DNA of 64,000 nt, taken from positions 12,216,001-12,280,000 of the forward strand of contig NC_087252.1 of assembly GCF_037042905.1 (NCBI RefSeq), given 5' to 3'. Origin of the DNA: Lytechinus pictus. Its lineage: Eukaryota. The translations under genes and the position numbers were made by a program. The notes under the pieces were generated by a model, which saw nothing but the letters and a program-made list of their open reading frames with translations, searched no databases and was not told the origin of the DNA. Shown in pieces: positions 11,065 through 21,779 of the stretch (its first letter is position 1; each line of letters opens with the position of its first letter).

Positions 11065-13974
11065 CAAATTCAAATTCAAATTCAAATTCATTTATTTCAC
11101 ATCTGTAAAAAACATACAAGATACAATATATCGAGATCAATCAAAATGATTCCATAGTAAAGGAGTAAAGGAGTAACGAATATTGTAAAATGACAAATTA
11201 ACAAAATTAACAAAATACATAGGGTAATGAATGCGATGTGGGGGAATAGCAAAAGCCAAATAGACCTATCTAGGCTATTCCCTGATTAACATTTATTACC
11301 GAAAAAAGACCATCCTGCAATCAATTGATTAGATTGCAAGAAACACACATTTCAAAATAAACGAAATCAACAAACTAATGAAAAATTTGAAGAAAAAAAA
11401 TAACAACTACATTACAAAAAAATATGTTTAAAAAACATACACATAAAAGCAAGCAAGCTTATTCACTGAGAACATGGTGAAGTATACATATTTAGAAGGT
11501 AAGACTTACATCTTACTTTAAATGAATTTTGCGAAGGACTTTCTTTTATTTCAGGGGGCAAACTGTTCCATATGAGTGGTCCACTATAACTTATGACTGT
11601 TCTTGAGAAAGAAAAGCGGTAAAAAAGGAATGTATAAATTATCAGAATTTCTCGTATTATATTTGTTTACACTGCGATTTGTTTGAAAATAACTGTTAAA
11701 TGTGTCAGGCAACTGATTCTTGTAGTATGAAAACATAACAATTGCAGTGTGAAGGGTATGTATATCATAAATTTTTAGAATCTTTAATTTACGGAATAAT
11801 TGATGAGAGTGAGCTAAATATGGGGAATTTGTTATAATTCTTATTGCCCGTTTTTGTAAGCGAAATAATTGTAGCTTTAAATAATTTGCACAGTCCCCCC
11901 ATACGATATTGCAATAGCTGAGATGCGTGAGTATCATTGTATTGTACAATTGAACACGAATATGCAATGGTAAGTCACCTTTGATTCTATTAAGTACACC
12001 AATGGTTTGAGAAATCTTCATAGAAATATTATTTACATGTTCTTTCCAACTCATGCTATCGTCAATTGTGACACCTAGGAATTTCGTATATTGCACTTTC
12101 TGAATTTCAAAATCATTTATATATAATTTTATGGAGTTTTCTTCAATTTTCTTATTTTTAGGCTTAAAAATCATAAAAGATGTCTTCTTAGTGTTAATTT
12201 GTAGTCTGTTGGCTTGGAACCACATGTGAACTTTTTCCATTTCAGAATTTAAAATATTATTTAATTGAATGGGATCCTTACCAGATAAAAATAAACTTGT
12301 ATCGTCTGCAAATAAGGTAGTAGTTAAAATATTACTTACATGTTGCAGGTCATTGATGTACAATATAAAAAGAAGAGGGCCTAGGTTAGACCCCTGGGGT
12401 ACCCCTACTCTTATGTCCTGAAAGTCTGAATGAATTTTGTTGATGCATACACATTGTTTTCGATTTCTTAAGTAACTGATTAACCACTTCAATACTGTCC
12501 CTCTAAACCCGTATGATGATAGCTTATCAATTAAAATATTATGGTCTATACAATCGAATGCTTTAGATAAGTCTAAAAATACACCAATCGTTATTGCTTT
12601 GTTTTCATATTCCTTAGCTATTTTTTCAGTTAAATCAATTAATGCATGAGCAGTGTTGTATCCCTTTCTGAAACCGAATTGCTTGTTATATAATATGTTG
12701 TGTTTTGAAATAAATGCTATCAATTTGTCATATACTATTTTTTCAAAAACCTTGCTGAAAACTGATAAAATTGATATGGGTCGGTAGTTAGTTACTAGTG
12801 TTTTATTACCATTCTTAAAGACAGGAGTTACTTTAGCAAGTTTTAAAGAGTTCGGAAACACACCATTTTCAAGAGACATATTAATGATTTTACATAAAGG
12901 GGAAACTATTGCATGAATTTAATATTTAACTACCTTAGGACTAATATCATCGTAACCCGCGCTTTTATTCGCATCCAATTTCAAAATGACATCATATATA
13001 TTTCTTTCTGTTACTGGCGTAAAGTACATAGAATGACAAATACTGTGTTTCATAAACCTTTTAAAGTTATTTTCTTGAGATAGATTTCTAGTACTCTCAT
13101 GTATTTTAGAACCAATACTACTAAAAAAATCATTAAATACACTTACAATTTCTTGCTGATTATCGGTCACTTCTCCATTATTTTCAATACTATAATCAAC
13201 ATCTCTATTCTTATTTTTTGTTAAAATGTTATTTATTATTTTCCATGTCGCTCTAGAATTGTGTTTTACATTTTCAAATTTATGATGATAGAATTCACGC
13301 TTCTTTTTACGAATGAAGCTATGGACCATGTTTCTGTAACTTTTATATACATTCTCTCTATAGGAAGTTGGGTTCTTTAAAAATTTCTTATATAAAAAGT
13401 ATTTTCGTTTGCACATTTTCTTGATATCCGTATTAAACCATGACCTTTCTGTAGATGTCTTTTTTATTTTAACATTTGTTATTGGAAAACTTTCATTATA
13501 TAGTTTTTTGTAAATGTCTAAAAATATATCATAAACGTCATCAACGTTTTCTGTATTGTTTAAACATGTCCAATCAACACACTGTAATTTTCTACAAAAT
13601 GTAATCATATTTTTTTCACAGAAGTCTCTTATAGGGTAATGGGTCTTTGAATTATTAGAGATTAAAGGACCTTCAATTATGACGAAAGGGGTTAGGTGAT
13701 CACTGACATCTGTTGTAATGATACCAGCTTCTACGACACTTTCAGGTTGGTTATAAAATATATTATCTAATATTGTTGCCGAATTACTTGTTATCCTTGT
13801 GGGTTTATTAATTAATGGAAAATATGAAAAGGTAGAAAAAATATTAACAAAATCATGATTACATGACATTAAATCTAGGTCCATCAAATTAACATTAAAA
13901 TCCCCCATGATAATACATTGTTTTTTCTCACTTGAGATTTTGCTTAAAGGTATTTGAACTGTTTCTAAAAAATC
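11065..13974 (-). mobile_element. 5'-truncated CR1-group (CR1/L2/Crack-like) non-LTR retrotransposon, ORF2 endonuclease C-terminus plus reverse transcriptase
   Basis: APE motifs (IIMGDFN, LDNIF, SDH) and RT motifs (NYRPISIL, FLDLSKAFD, GVPQGSNLGPLLF, FADD). One in-frame TAA (12919-12921) and one homopolymer frameshift near 11621. 3' hairpin at 11242-11282 and (TGAATT)n tail at 11065-11090. Boundaries are defined by the empty paralogous site near 20980. Confidence 0.93.
11584..12879 (-). CDS. LINE ORF2 reverse transcriptase domain (in frame with the upstream ORF 12919-13974 across one stop)
   Basis: 431-aa ORF with canonical non-LTR RT motifs including FADD. Confidence 0.85.
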   Translation of the reverse strand: MSLENGVFPNSLKLAKVTPVFKNGNKTLVTNYRPISILSVFSKVFEKIVYDKLIAFISKHNILYNKQFGFRKGYNTAHALIDLTEKIAKEYENKAITIGVFLDLSKAFDCIDHNILIDKLSSYGFRGTVLKWLISYLRNRKQCVCINKIHSDFQDIRVGVPQGSNLGPLLFILYINDLQHVSNILTTTLFADDTSLFLSGKDPIQLNNILNSEMEKVHMWFQANRLQINTKKTSFMIFKPKNKKIEENSIKLYINDFEIQKVQYTKFLGVTIDDSMSWKEHVNNISMKISQTIGVLNRIKGDLPLHIRVQLYNTMILTHLSYCNIVWGDCANYLKLQLFRLQKRAIRIITNSPYLAHSHQLFRKLKILKIYDIHTLHTAIVMFSYYKNQLPDTFNSYFQTNRSVNKYNTRNSDNLYIPFLPLFFLKNSHKL

Positions 13975-14727
13975 TTTTAATGCCTGCATTGATTTCAGTG
14001 TATCGTGAATCGTACACAAGAATCAGCCCTACGATCAATTATCAAGTTTCAGGTTAGAGTGCCCAGAAAGGTTACTGTCGTTTGTTATGATCATCATCGT
14101 ATGGTTACAACAAAATATATGTCACAAATATGACTAACGTGTATGTAATAAAAGATTTCAACGTAGGCACATATTAAACGGGGGTAAAGTCTCTTTGATG
14201 ATACGTTAGATCCCATCATTCCTATCGGATGTTTTCACCTGCTTTTTTATCCAATTTGCTTCAAAATAATGGATTTCTTTCGTTGGAATGTATACGTAAT
14301 GTAAAATGTATTGCCAGGTATGTTGTTTGATGAATACTTCCACATAGCAATACATGCACTGTATATTTGTAAATACAAATATCGTCAATATCTCGTGGTG
14401 TGATCCGTTCTTTAATCCACTAGAAGTAGAGGGCATACAGGGTAAGCTGGCTCCCATCATGCTTTTTTGGTGAATCTGATTCATGCTATTGCCTTCTTAT
14501 CTTTGGCTCTCTCAAAACAATGTGGTCTGAATTTGTGTATATGTGTGTCCCGTCTCCTTCATTGCAGATTTTCATTGATTGTCATAAACATATACAGTCA
14601 TTCATTATTTTATCCCATTGTATTCTTTAGCATCACTATCAAATGCATTGGTGTGTATTGTGTTGATATTCTGTTATCCATTTTGTGGAATATGACAATA
14701 AAAAAAATCAAACCTGATTCGACCTAC

Positions 14728-14843
14728 CGACATTATTTCTGCATGTCCAGCTCTGATGCACCTAGGTTCTCAGGCAGCGAGGATAGTCGAAGATGTCGTC
14801 TGGTGTTGATTGACGATGAACCAAGAAGGTGAATCGGGTCTAA
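14728..14843 (-). pseudogene. Orphan family-B FN3-like exon with TGA
   Basis: CAG acceptor, (V)RPDSPSWFIVNQHQTTSSTILAA*EPRCIRAGHAEIMS, donor GTAGGT. The rest of its B unit is missing. Confidence 0.6.
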
Positions 14844-15109
14844 CTGCAGTGTAAAGTTAATTAATTTAAAAATAATTGATAATTAGCTAAGTAGTTTATC
14901 TAAGTAACTATATAGACACAACAGGTGGATAACATTCATCTCATTAACGAAATTCAATTACGAATTAATTCAAAAAACGATAACTCAGTTGGCCCAGAAA
15001 CATTTATGTTGTGCATAAATAGGCTATAAATATTAACAAAATCTACCAATTCACCGAAAATGGATTACACAAACGTAACAAACATATCCTAAAATTCTTA
15101 TGAATCTTT

Positions 15110-18100
15110 ATGAGAGGAGCCGGGTATCCGTTACGAGCTCTACAGGTTACGTTGGTCTCTCTGCCTTCGAGCATATCACCTGGGACAGTCACTGCGACTT
15201 CGTCTGGTAGCCCTTCATAGAAACATAAAGCCATTATTCATAGTTAAGCTTTCAGGTAAAGAAGTAATTTTTTTCTCTCTTTTTTTGAACAGATCACGGA
15301 CAGTAAATTGGGGAATCGAACAGAATGACGATTGATCATCAATATCAACAATGATGAATTTGTTTCTTGAAAGGTATTGGAGTAACTACCTTGCATTTCT
15401 TTTTCAGATTTCGAAAATTATTCTTTTATCAGTTCTACCGTTCACTATATTGACTCCCGGTTCTAAATCACTGAGGGAAATAACTCACCGTAAACAATTA
15501 GTCTAACTGTTAGGAATGTAACAAAGAAATGGTCTTTCATGTACGAGGAACATACAATGCGCATTCCATGGTTAATAGCATCCGGTCTTATGGTTATGGT
15601 ACTTTCAGTGTCAAACAACGTGTCGTCTAAAACACTCCTATTGCTTGAGACACTTGCACGGATAGAAGTCCTGTCAAAGTCACCAACTAACCAAAATGAT
15701 AGCTCAGTTGCTGGGAATGACCCGATGCTTTTACAAGTGATTGAAGTCGGTGAACCTTCTTGAACGTATACGACTGTTGATTGAGACTGGTTACCTCCAG
15801 TTAGAAAGAGGAGCACACTGGCTGGTATAACTGTAAGCATGACAAATTAGAAAAAAAAGGTAAAGGAAAGAGGGAAAATATAGAAAGAAGTTTTGTATGA
15901 TATGCGGCAGGCCCTTTGTGGAAAGCAGTTTATAACTTTCTGATACCGCGTGTAAATAAACAGGAGATGATCTCGATAAGAACGAAAGAAATAAAGAAAA
16001 ATCGTGTTCACTGCGGAATTATGCTTGGAAACAACTAGTTCGTCATTATGTAGATATGCATGTAAATAGATTGAAATGGAGCGTAAATATACGTAAAGTG
16101 TCAGCATATTTTGTCCAATGTAAAAGCTATTTCGGATGAATTGACTATTACAAAAATGTGTAAGGACTGAAAATCTAGGATTGATATCAATACATTTATA
16201 CGTAATGATTCCCTGAATGATACATACCATGAAAATTCAGAAAAACTGACGATCTAATACTCGTTTGTTTTTCCGGGTGTGATGCGATGCAGCTGAGAAT
16301 CTTTCCGTGGTCATCTCTGGTGGGTGTGATTGTCAAAGATTTCCGCGAGATGTAAAAGTTATCTTGAATTTCATCAGACTGATCGTGATGAACAACGGTC
16401 ACGTCCTCTGGTATTAACCATTGCAGAACAGCAGGAGGCCTTGCCCTATTTGCTCCACAGGTGATGCTATACGACTCCCGAGCACTTATACTTATATTGG
16501 TGTTGTTCAAGTATTGCCGGCCCGATTGGACATCAGTCACGAATACTCGCGACGGTGGAACTGGAGAAAAAACACAGTATATTCGAACCGTCAACCTCAA
16601 CTTAAACGATATGCTACCATTTCAATTTTCAAGTGCTTCAACTTTTAATCACTTAATAATTTCCTGGCAATCTTTTGACGAGTAAGAACTTATGCAAATT
16701 TTTCAATAAACAATTCAAAAGTTTTAAAACACTCATTATATAGTTGCTCATCTGGCAATGCTCTTCTATAATCTTGATACATACGCTTATGCCTCATCAT
16801 GTCAATGGCAAATATTCATATTTTCTTTTTCTTTTTTTTATAAAATGGTAGTGATTTTCGCCTGATTGCTAAGAAAGCATGAATGACTGTAAGCAAGCAT
16901 CCAAGAAGACGGACGGTTTGAAGTCCTCTCTGAGACACCTCGAAATTAGGATTAAACTGCCTTACCTAACGGCATCAAAAGGGAATCGAACCTGGGTCAC
17001 CCACTCTACCGACTTAGCTATTGCGCCTCATCTTAAAACAAACACATCCATGAAATCGGAAAATAGTCAATTGTATGAAATGATACAGAAAGAAGGTTGG
17101 GACAGAGAATGGCCTATAGCTAAAACTGTCGACACACAAATCATCTTTAACACGTTTAAAGGGTTAGGACTTTCGATGTCTTTTTTCAGTGGGTGAGAAT
17201 GATGTGACAATTTTGGATGGGTATGCATTTGTCAATATATTTACTTTTTTGTATGCCATCGTGTTCACTGTGGTTTGATTTGATTTGATTTGTTGATATC
17301 CGTTTCACAACATAGTATGATAAATATGACATGAGAAGGTCAATGCACATACTAGGTGGGGAGTGGGTTTATATCTTTCTGTAGGAAAATGGTCGTAATT
17401 TAGAAATTCCTAAGGATAAAATAATGTAATGCGCCCCCAAAATAGCGCGCGCGCTTAAAAAAATACAAATAATCTTAGCTAGGTGGAATGAAATGTCACC
17501 CATGCTGTCAAACCTCCCATTTGTTCTTACCTTGACTTAGTACTTCCAGTATTTCAGTCGCTGAACGTTCTCCATGTAGGTTATGTACATTGCATGTGTA
17601 TCTCCCATTGTCACCAGCGTTCAAATTAATTATTGTAAGGGATGTGCTGCAGTCATCTCCCAATAACTTGTACTTTAAAGGATTAGAAATATTAGGTGTA
17701 CATTCACTTGCAGTTGTGCACCACTCAGACGCAATTCGTGTTTCTTCGTGTTTCCACTTGACAGTGCGAACAATCGAAGGAGGGAAATAGGTGCACTTCA
17801 TCGTAAAATCTTCTCCTTTGACGGGTATGAACTGCCTTGGTTGAAAAGATATTGTGGTTGTAGACATGGTAGAGGGGGAGCCTGCAAATGGATTGTGTAG
17901 GAATATTGTCAATTATAAGTGATAGCAGAAGTATTGCTTCTTCATAGTATTTTACAGGGTGGGCTTCTATTTTAGACTGAAAAGTGAAAAGTTGCATCAT
18001 TCAAGATTTGCGTTGATTTTTTTACATGCCAAACATGTCAACAGGGTTAAAAATCGCATTTGTTCAAGTTTTGTTGCAGGTTGTACCACTTTGCGAAGGA

Positions 18101-18499
18101 TAACACCCTTCGTGCACCTTAAATGCGTAACACAGTCCATGGTCTTTGGATGCATATATGCCCAGGAATCGCATTCCGAGACAGACGTGAACAACGCAAT
18201 TAAGTGAAAGACAATATTTTTCTGATCCTGCTGATGGCAAGCTTGAATGGGAAAACATGTTGTTTTTTGGCCACCAGACTGCTTTGGCCTTAAACTCACT
18301 GAAAATAATCATATAGTAACGGAGGAAGTCATACTTTCTATATTCTTTATTTTATTAGCAGCCTACCTTTACAAAGAGAAGAAGAAAAAACGGCTACAAG
18401 CCAATATGTATAGATTCAATTTTATTCAAATTTAATCAAATTCGACATACCTTTGCCAAAAACAAGAAGAGCAAACAGGCACCAAATATGGTACGCCAT
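15110..18499 (-). pseudogene. IgSF unit A5 (A-alpha/A-beta chimera): leader-V-C2a-C2b-truncated C2c
   Basis: Leader 18451-18499 (MAYHIWCLFALLVFGK-G), V 17531-17881, C2a 16228-16560 and C2b 15489-15830 are all open. C2c 15110-15212 breaks after NGYPAPLI and joins family-B intron sequence. It could still encode a 3-Ig protein. Confidence 0.7.
16870..17030 (-). mobile_element. tRNA-derived SINE
   Basis: Minus strand GAGGCGCAATAGCTAAGTCGGTAGAG (A box) ... GGTTCGATTCCC (B box). Paralogous copy at about 36355-36512. Confidence 0.6.
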
Positions 18500-19277
18500 T
18501 TGAGATCAGAGTGATAGTAACCAATCCAATAATCCTGGTAACAAAGAAACATTCAGTATCAAAATGTAAGATAGTTGCAGTCAGTGAGACAAATTGTTTT
18601 TAAGACATTTCTGACGTGTCTCAAACACATTGATGTTATAATGGTGACGGTGAGATTTATTCGCTTACTTTCGCTAGCCTATGCCGTTAAGCACATTTCA
18701 AAAGTACATGTGCGACTTAATGTCTTAGGTTGTCAGCGGTCGAAAATGAAAGTACGATATTTCATGTATCAAATATATAGTTGCATTTGTTCGGACGATA
18801 GAGTGTGCTCTTTCCCACAGCCGGTTTAATGTCGAGGTTGCTTAACCGAGCATACAGTGGATTGGGAACGCGTCCAGAGAACTGTCACGACACATACGCT
18901 TCGGGATGACCTTAGGCAATGACATCATCGCACCGCCATCTTAGAGGGCTTAGCCTTAAATGCCTTGTTGATCTTCAGCTGACGCAAACAATAAAACCAA
19001 CAATTGTTTGAATGTTTGACACATGCGATTCTTATGAGATGACTTTGATAAATTGTAAATAGGATCTCATTCATTTTATTTCGATTTTTCTATCGAAACT
19101 TTTTTTTTTTTTTTTTTTGCATTTTGGTGACCCCTGAAAGTTCGATCAGGGGAAGTCACATCTCCCCTTAATGTTAGCTAAGCGCAAATGCATACCAGTC
19201 ATTCTGTCTAATATGAAACATAATTTTTTTTATTCCTACCGAATTAATTTATTTATTTCTACAACTTGCTGGCTGCG

Positions 19278-20931
19278 ATGGCTTCCAGTACCAGCAGAGA
19301 AAAAAGAAAAGAAGTGGGGAACATTATGATGAGATCTGGATATACGATAGAGATTATAAACCAATTAGATATTACTGCAGACAACATGAAATTCCTTTTT
19401 GCCGTCTATGCACTACAGCAAATCACTAAAAAAACATGAGAGGTAAAGAATATCCAGAATTTAACTTCCGACTGCAGGAACAATTTGAGTAAGAAACAGC
19501 ACAAGATCGAAGAAGCAGAATCACATTCTATAAACCGTTGAATCCACGATCGCGACCGAAGAGGCCTCGATAAGTAAGCATCTCCAGGCAGTCAATGATG
19601 ACTTTGAGGTTGCTTCCAAGGAGGAGTTAATTTTCCACGGAACAAAGAGAATAGAATGATCAACGTGATCAACGATAAAGAGGAGCTGGAAATCTCTAAT
19701 ACAAGAGGTAATAGGAAAGAACGTGTCGACATATGGAAGGTTGAAACAGCGAAGCGAGAGATAATCATCAAAACCGAGAAGAAATTCTCCTTTCAGATGT
19801 GATGGCAATTAGCGAAATCATTTCTAAAAGGATCAAGGAAATTACTAACCGAACTATGCATAAAATTGATACATTGAAGAATATTCAATCGACTGTCATA
19901 CAAATTACCATACGCGATAAAACATTGGTGAATCAAACTCCTCAGCTACTAACATTCTCTGATGAAACCTATTTGAATGTGAGTGAAGAAGCTGGCGACA
20001 ACTTTAACCGAATACATCATGAAGTTGAGAGGGTAAAGTTTGTTAAAGGATAATTTTGTGGATAATACTGTGGTAGAATTGAAGGGTACATCGGTAAATG
20101 GAGACTTGTCAAGCCAATCCATATTCCGCTGGTCGTCGAGAAACAGGGGATTCGTGGATCGATCAGTGATAAGGTGTTCACGTGGACGAGGACAGTAACG
20201 TCATGTATGCTTCAGATATCACAGGAATCACTCATTAATCATCAGCTACCTCCAATAAACAGTGACGTGGTAGTCTGTGAAAAGTGGAAACCAGGGGACA
20301 GCCTGGATGAAGCATTGTCGATTGGAACTATTGAAATTCGTTTGAATTTCATAATCGATAGGATAATGCTTCTAAAAAGTAAAGGTAGGTCTTCCTTTCC
20401 AAAGTATGACAGTTTTGCTAGTAATAATTGCCAGTACGTTGATGTTGACATAACTAGGATGATCCCCACCAATCAAGCCAAATAATACAATATCTGCATT
20501 ATCAGCCTAACCGATTCGAAAATACCAAGTACCATCACAATACAGAGTAAGAAAGTATCTTATATACACGTCTTGCCAACAAGTGATATCGTTGTGAAGT
20601 CGGATTTGGATGAATTTACTGTCATTTCACAATAAGGGAAGGAAAAAGATGTCATGCACTGCGCTGATTGATTGTATGCACGTAGTCACATGGAAAAACT
20701 CACAGAGACTCTCTACATACTCTGCATTAGCCAGAGGGATGGGGCGAGTAATAATTGCGTAGTTGATCAGGTTTCTTCGGATAATATCAATCAGGCAAGG
20801 ATCATTGTGAAGTATGAGGTATCAGAGTGTGATTATGACCTCAATCCGTGCCTTTGTACCTCTTCTGGTTAGTTTGTAAAGGCTGTGATGGCGACAAGCT
20901 CCTTTTGTCCAAGAAAATGTTCATCGTGTAG
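19278..20931 (+). pseudogene. Decayed intronless B-box/coiled-coil/beta-propeller (TRIM-NHL-like) gene, copy 2
   Basis: B-box-2-like PIRYYCRQHEIPFCRLCTTANH at 19361-19426, followed by coiled-coil and propeller-like ORF fragments (19799-20053, 20174-20485, 20672-20872) broken by stops and frameshifts. Confidence 0.65.
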
Positions 20932-21779
20932 TTCATCATTGCCTCTGAGCGAAAAGCTTATTGACTGCTCGTTGGCCTGATTTATTTTAATGATTGCATT
21001 GTTTTTAGTGAATGGTAAAACGTAAATAGATAATTCCCAAGACCGATCGCCAAGTTTCAGGTTACAATGCCCAGTAAGGTTACTTTCATTTGTTATGATT
21101 ATCATCATGGTTACAACAAAATTTATGTCACCAATATGACTCATGTGCATGTAATAGGATAATTTCACGTAGGCCCATATTAAACTGAGGTAAAGTCTCT
21201 TGGATGATAATCCTATCAATTCTATCGGATGTTTTCAATTGCTTTGTTATCCAATTTGCTTCGGAATAATGGGTTTCACTCTTTAGAATGTATACATAAT
21301 GTAAAATGTATTGCCAGGTATGATGTTTAATAAATAATTCCACATAGCAATACATCCACGGTTATATTTGTAAATAAAAATACCGTCAATATATCGTGGT
21401 GTGATCCGTTGTTAAATCCACTAGACGTAGAAAGCCCATATCCTATCATGCCTTTTTGGTTAATCTGATTCATGCTATTGCCTTCTTATATTTGGTTTTC
21501 CCAAAATAATGTAGTCTGCATTTGTTTATGTGTGTGTGTCCCATGATTGCCGATTTCATAATATTTCAAAGAATCTGCAGTTTTTACAAGCTCTGCTTTT
21601 TATGAAGGTTCCTTCACAGTTCACAACTCAGTTATTGTTATGAGCACATACAGTCATTCATTATTTTAACACACTGTATTCTGTATTATTATCATTAAAT
21701 GCATTGTTTTGTATTGTGTTGATATTCCGTTATTTATTTTGTGAAATATGACAATAAAATGAAATCTGATTCGACTTAC

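Noticed and set aside
13975..14019. N-terminus of the 366-aa LINE ORF
   Set aside because: These codons are host flank beyond the 5' truncation point, as shown by the empty paralogous site.
14206..14530. Second FN3 half or transmembrane exon downstream of the FN3-like exon (also near 21300-21515 and 38910-39112)
   Set aside because: The region is conserved between copies and has a candidate CAG acceptor, but all three frames hit stops within about 15 codons and the copies differ by indels. At most a decayed exon.
17997..18312. Recurrent ORFs in the A-alpha leader intron (also 8059-8412 and 37468-37797)
   Set aside because: They recur only because the intron is duplicated; stops differ between copies and there is no domain signal.
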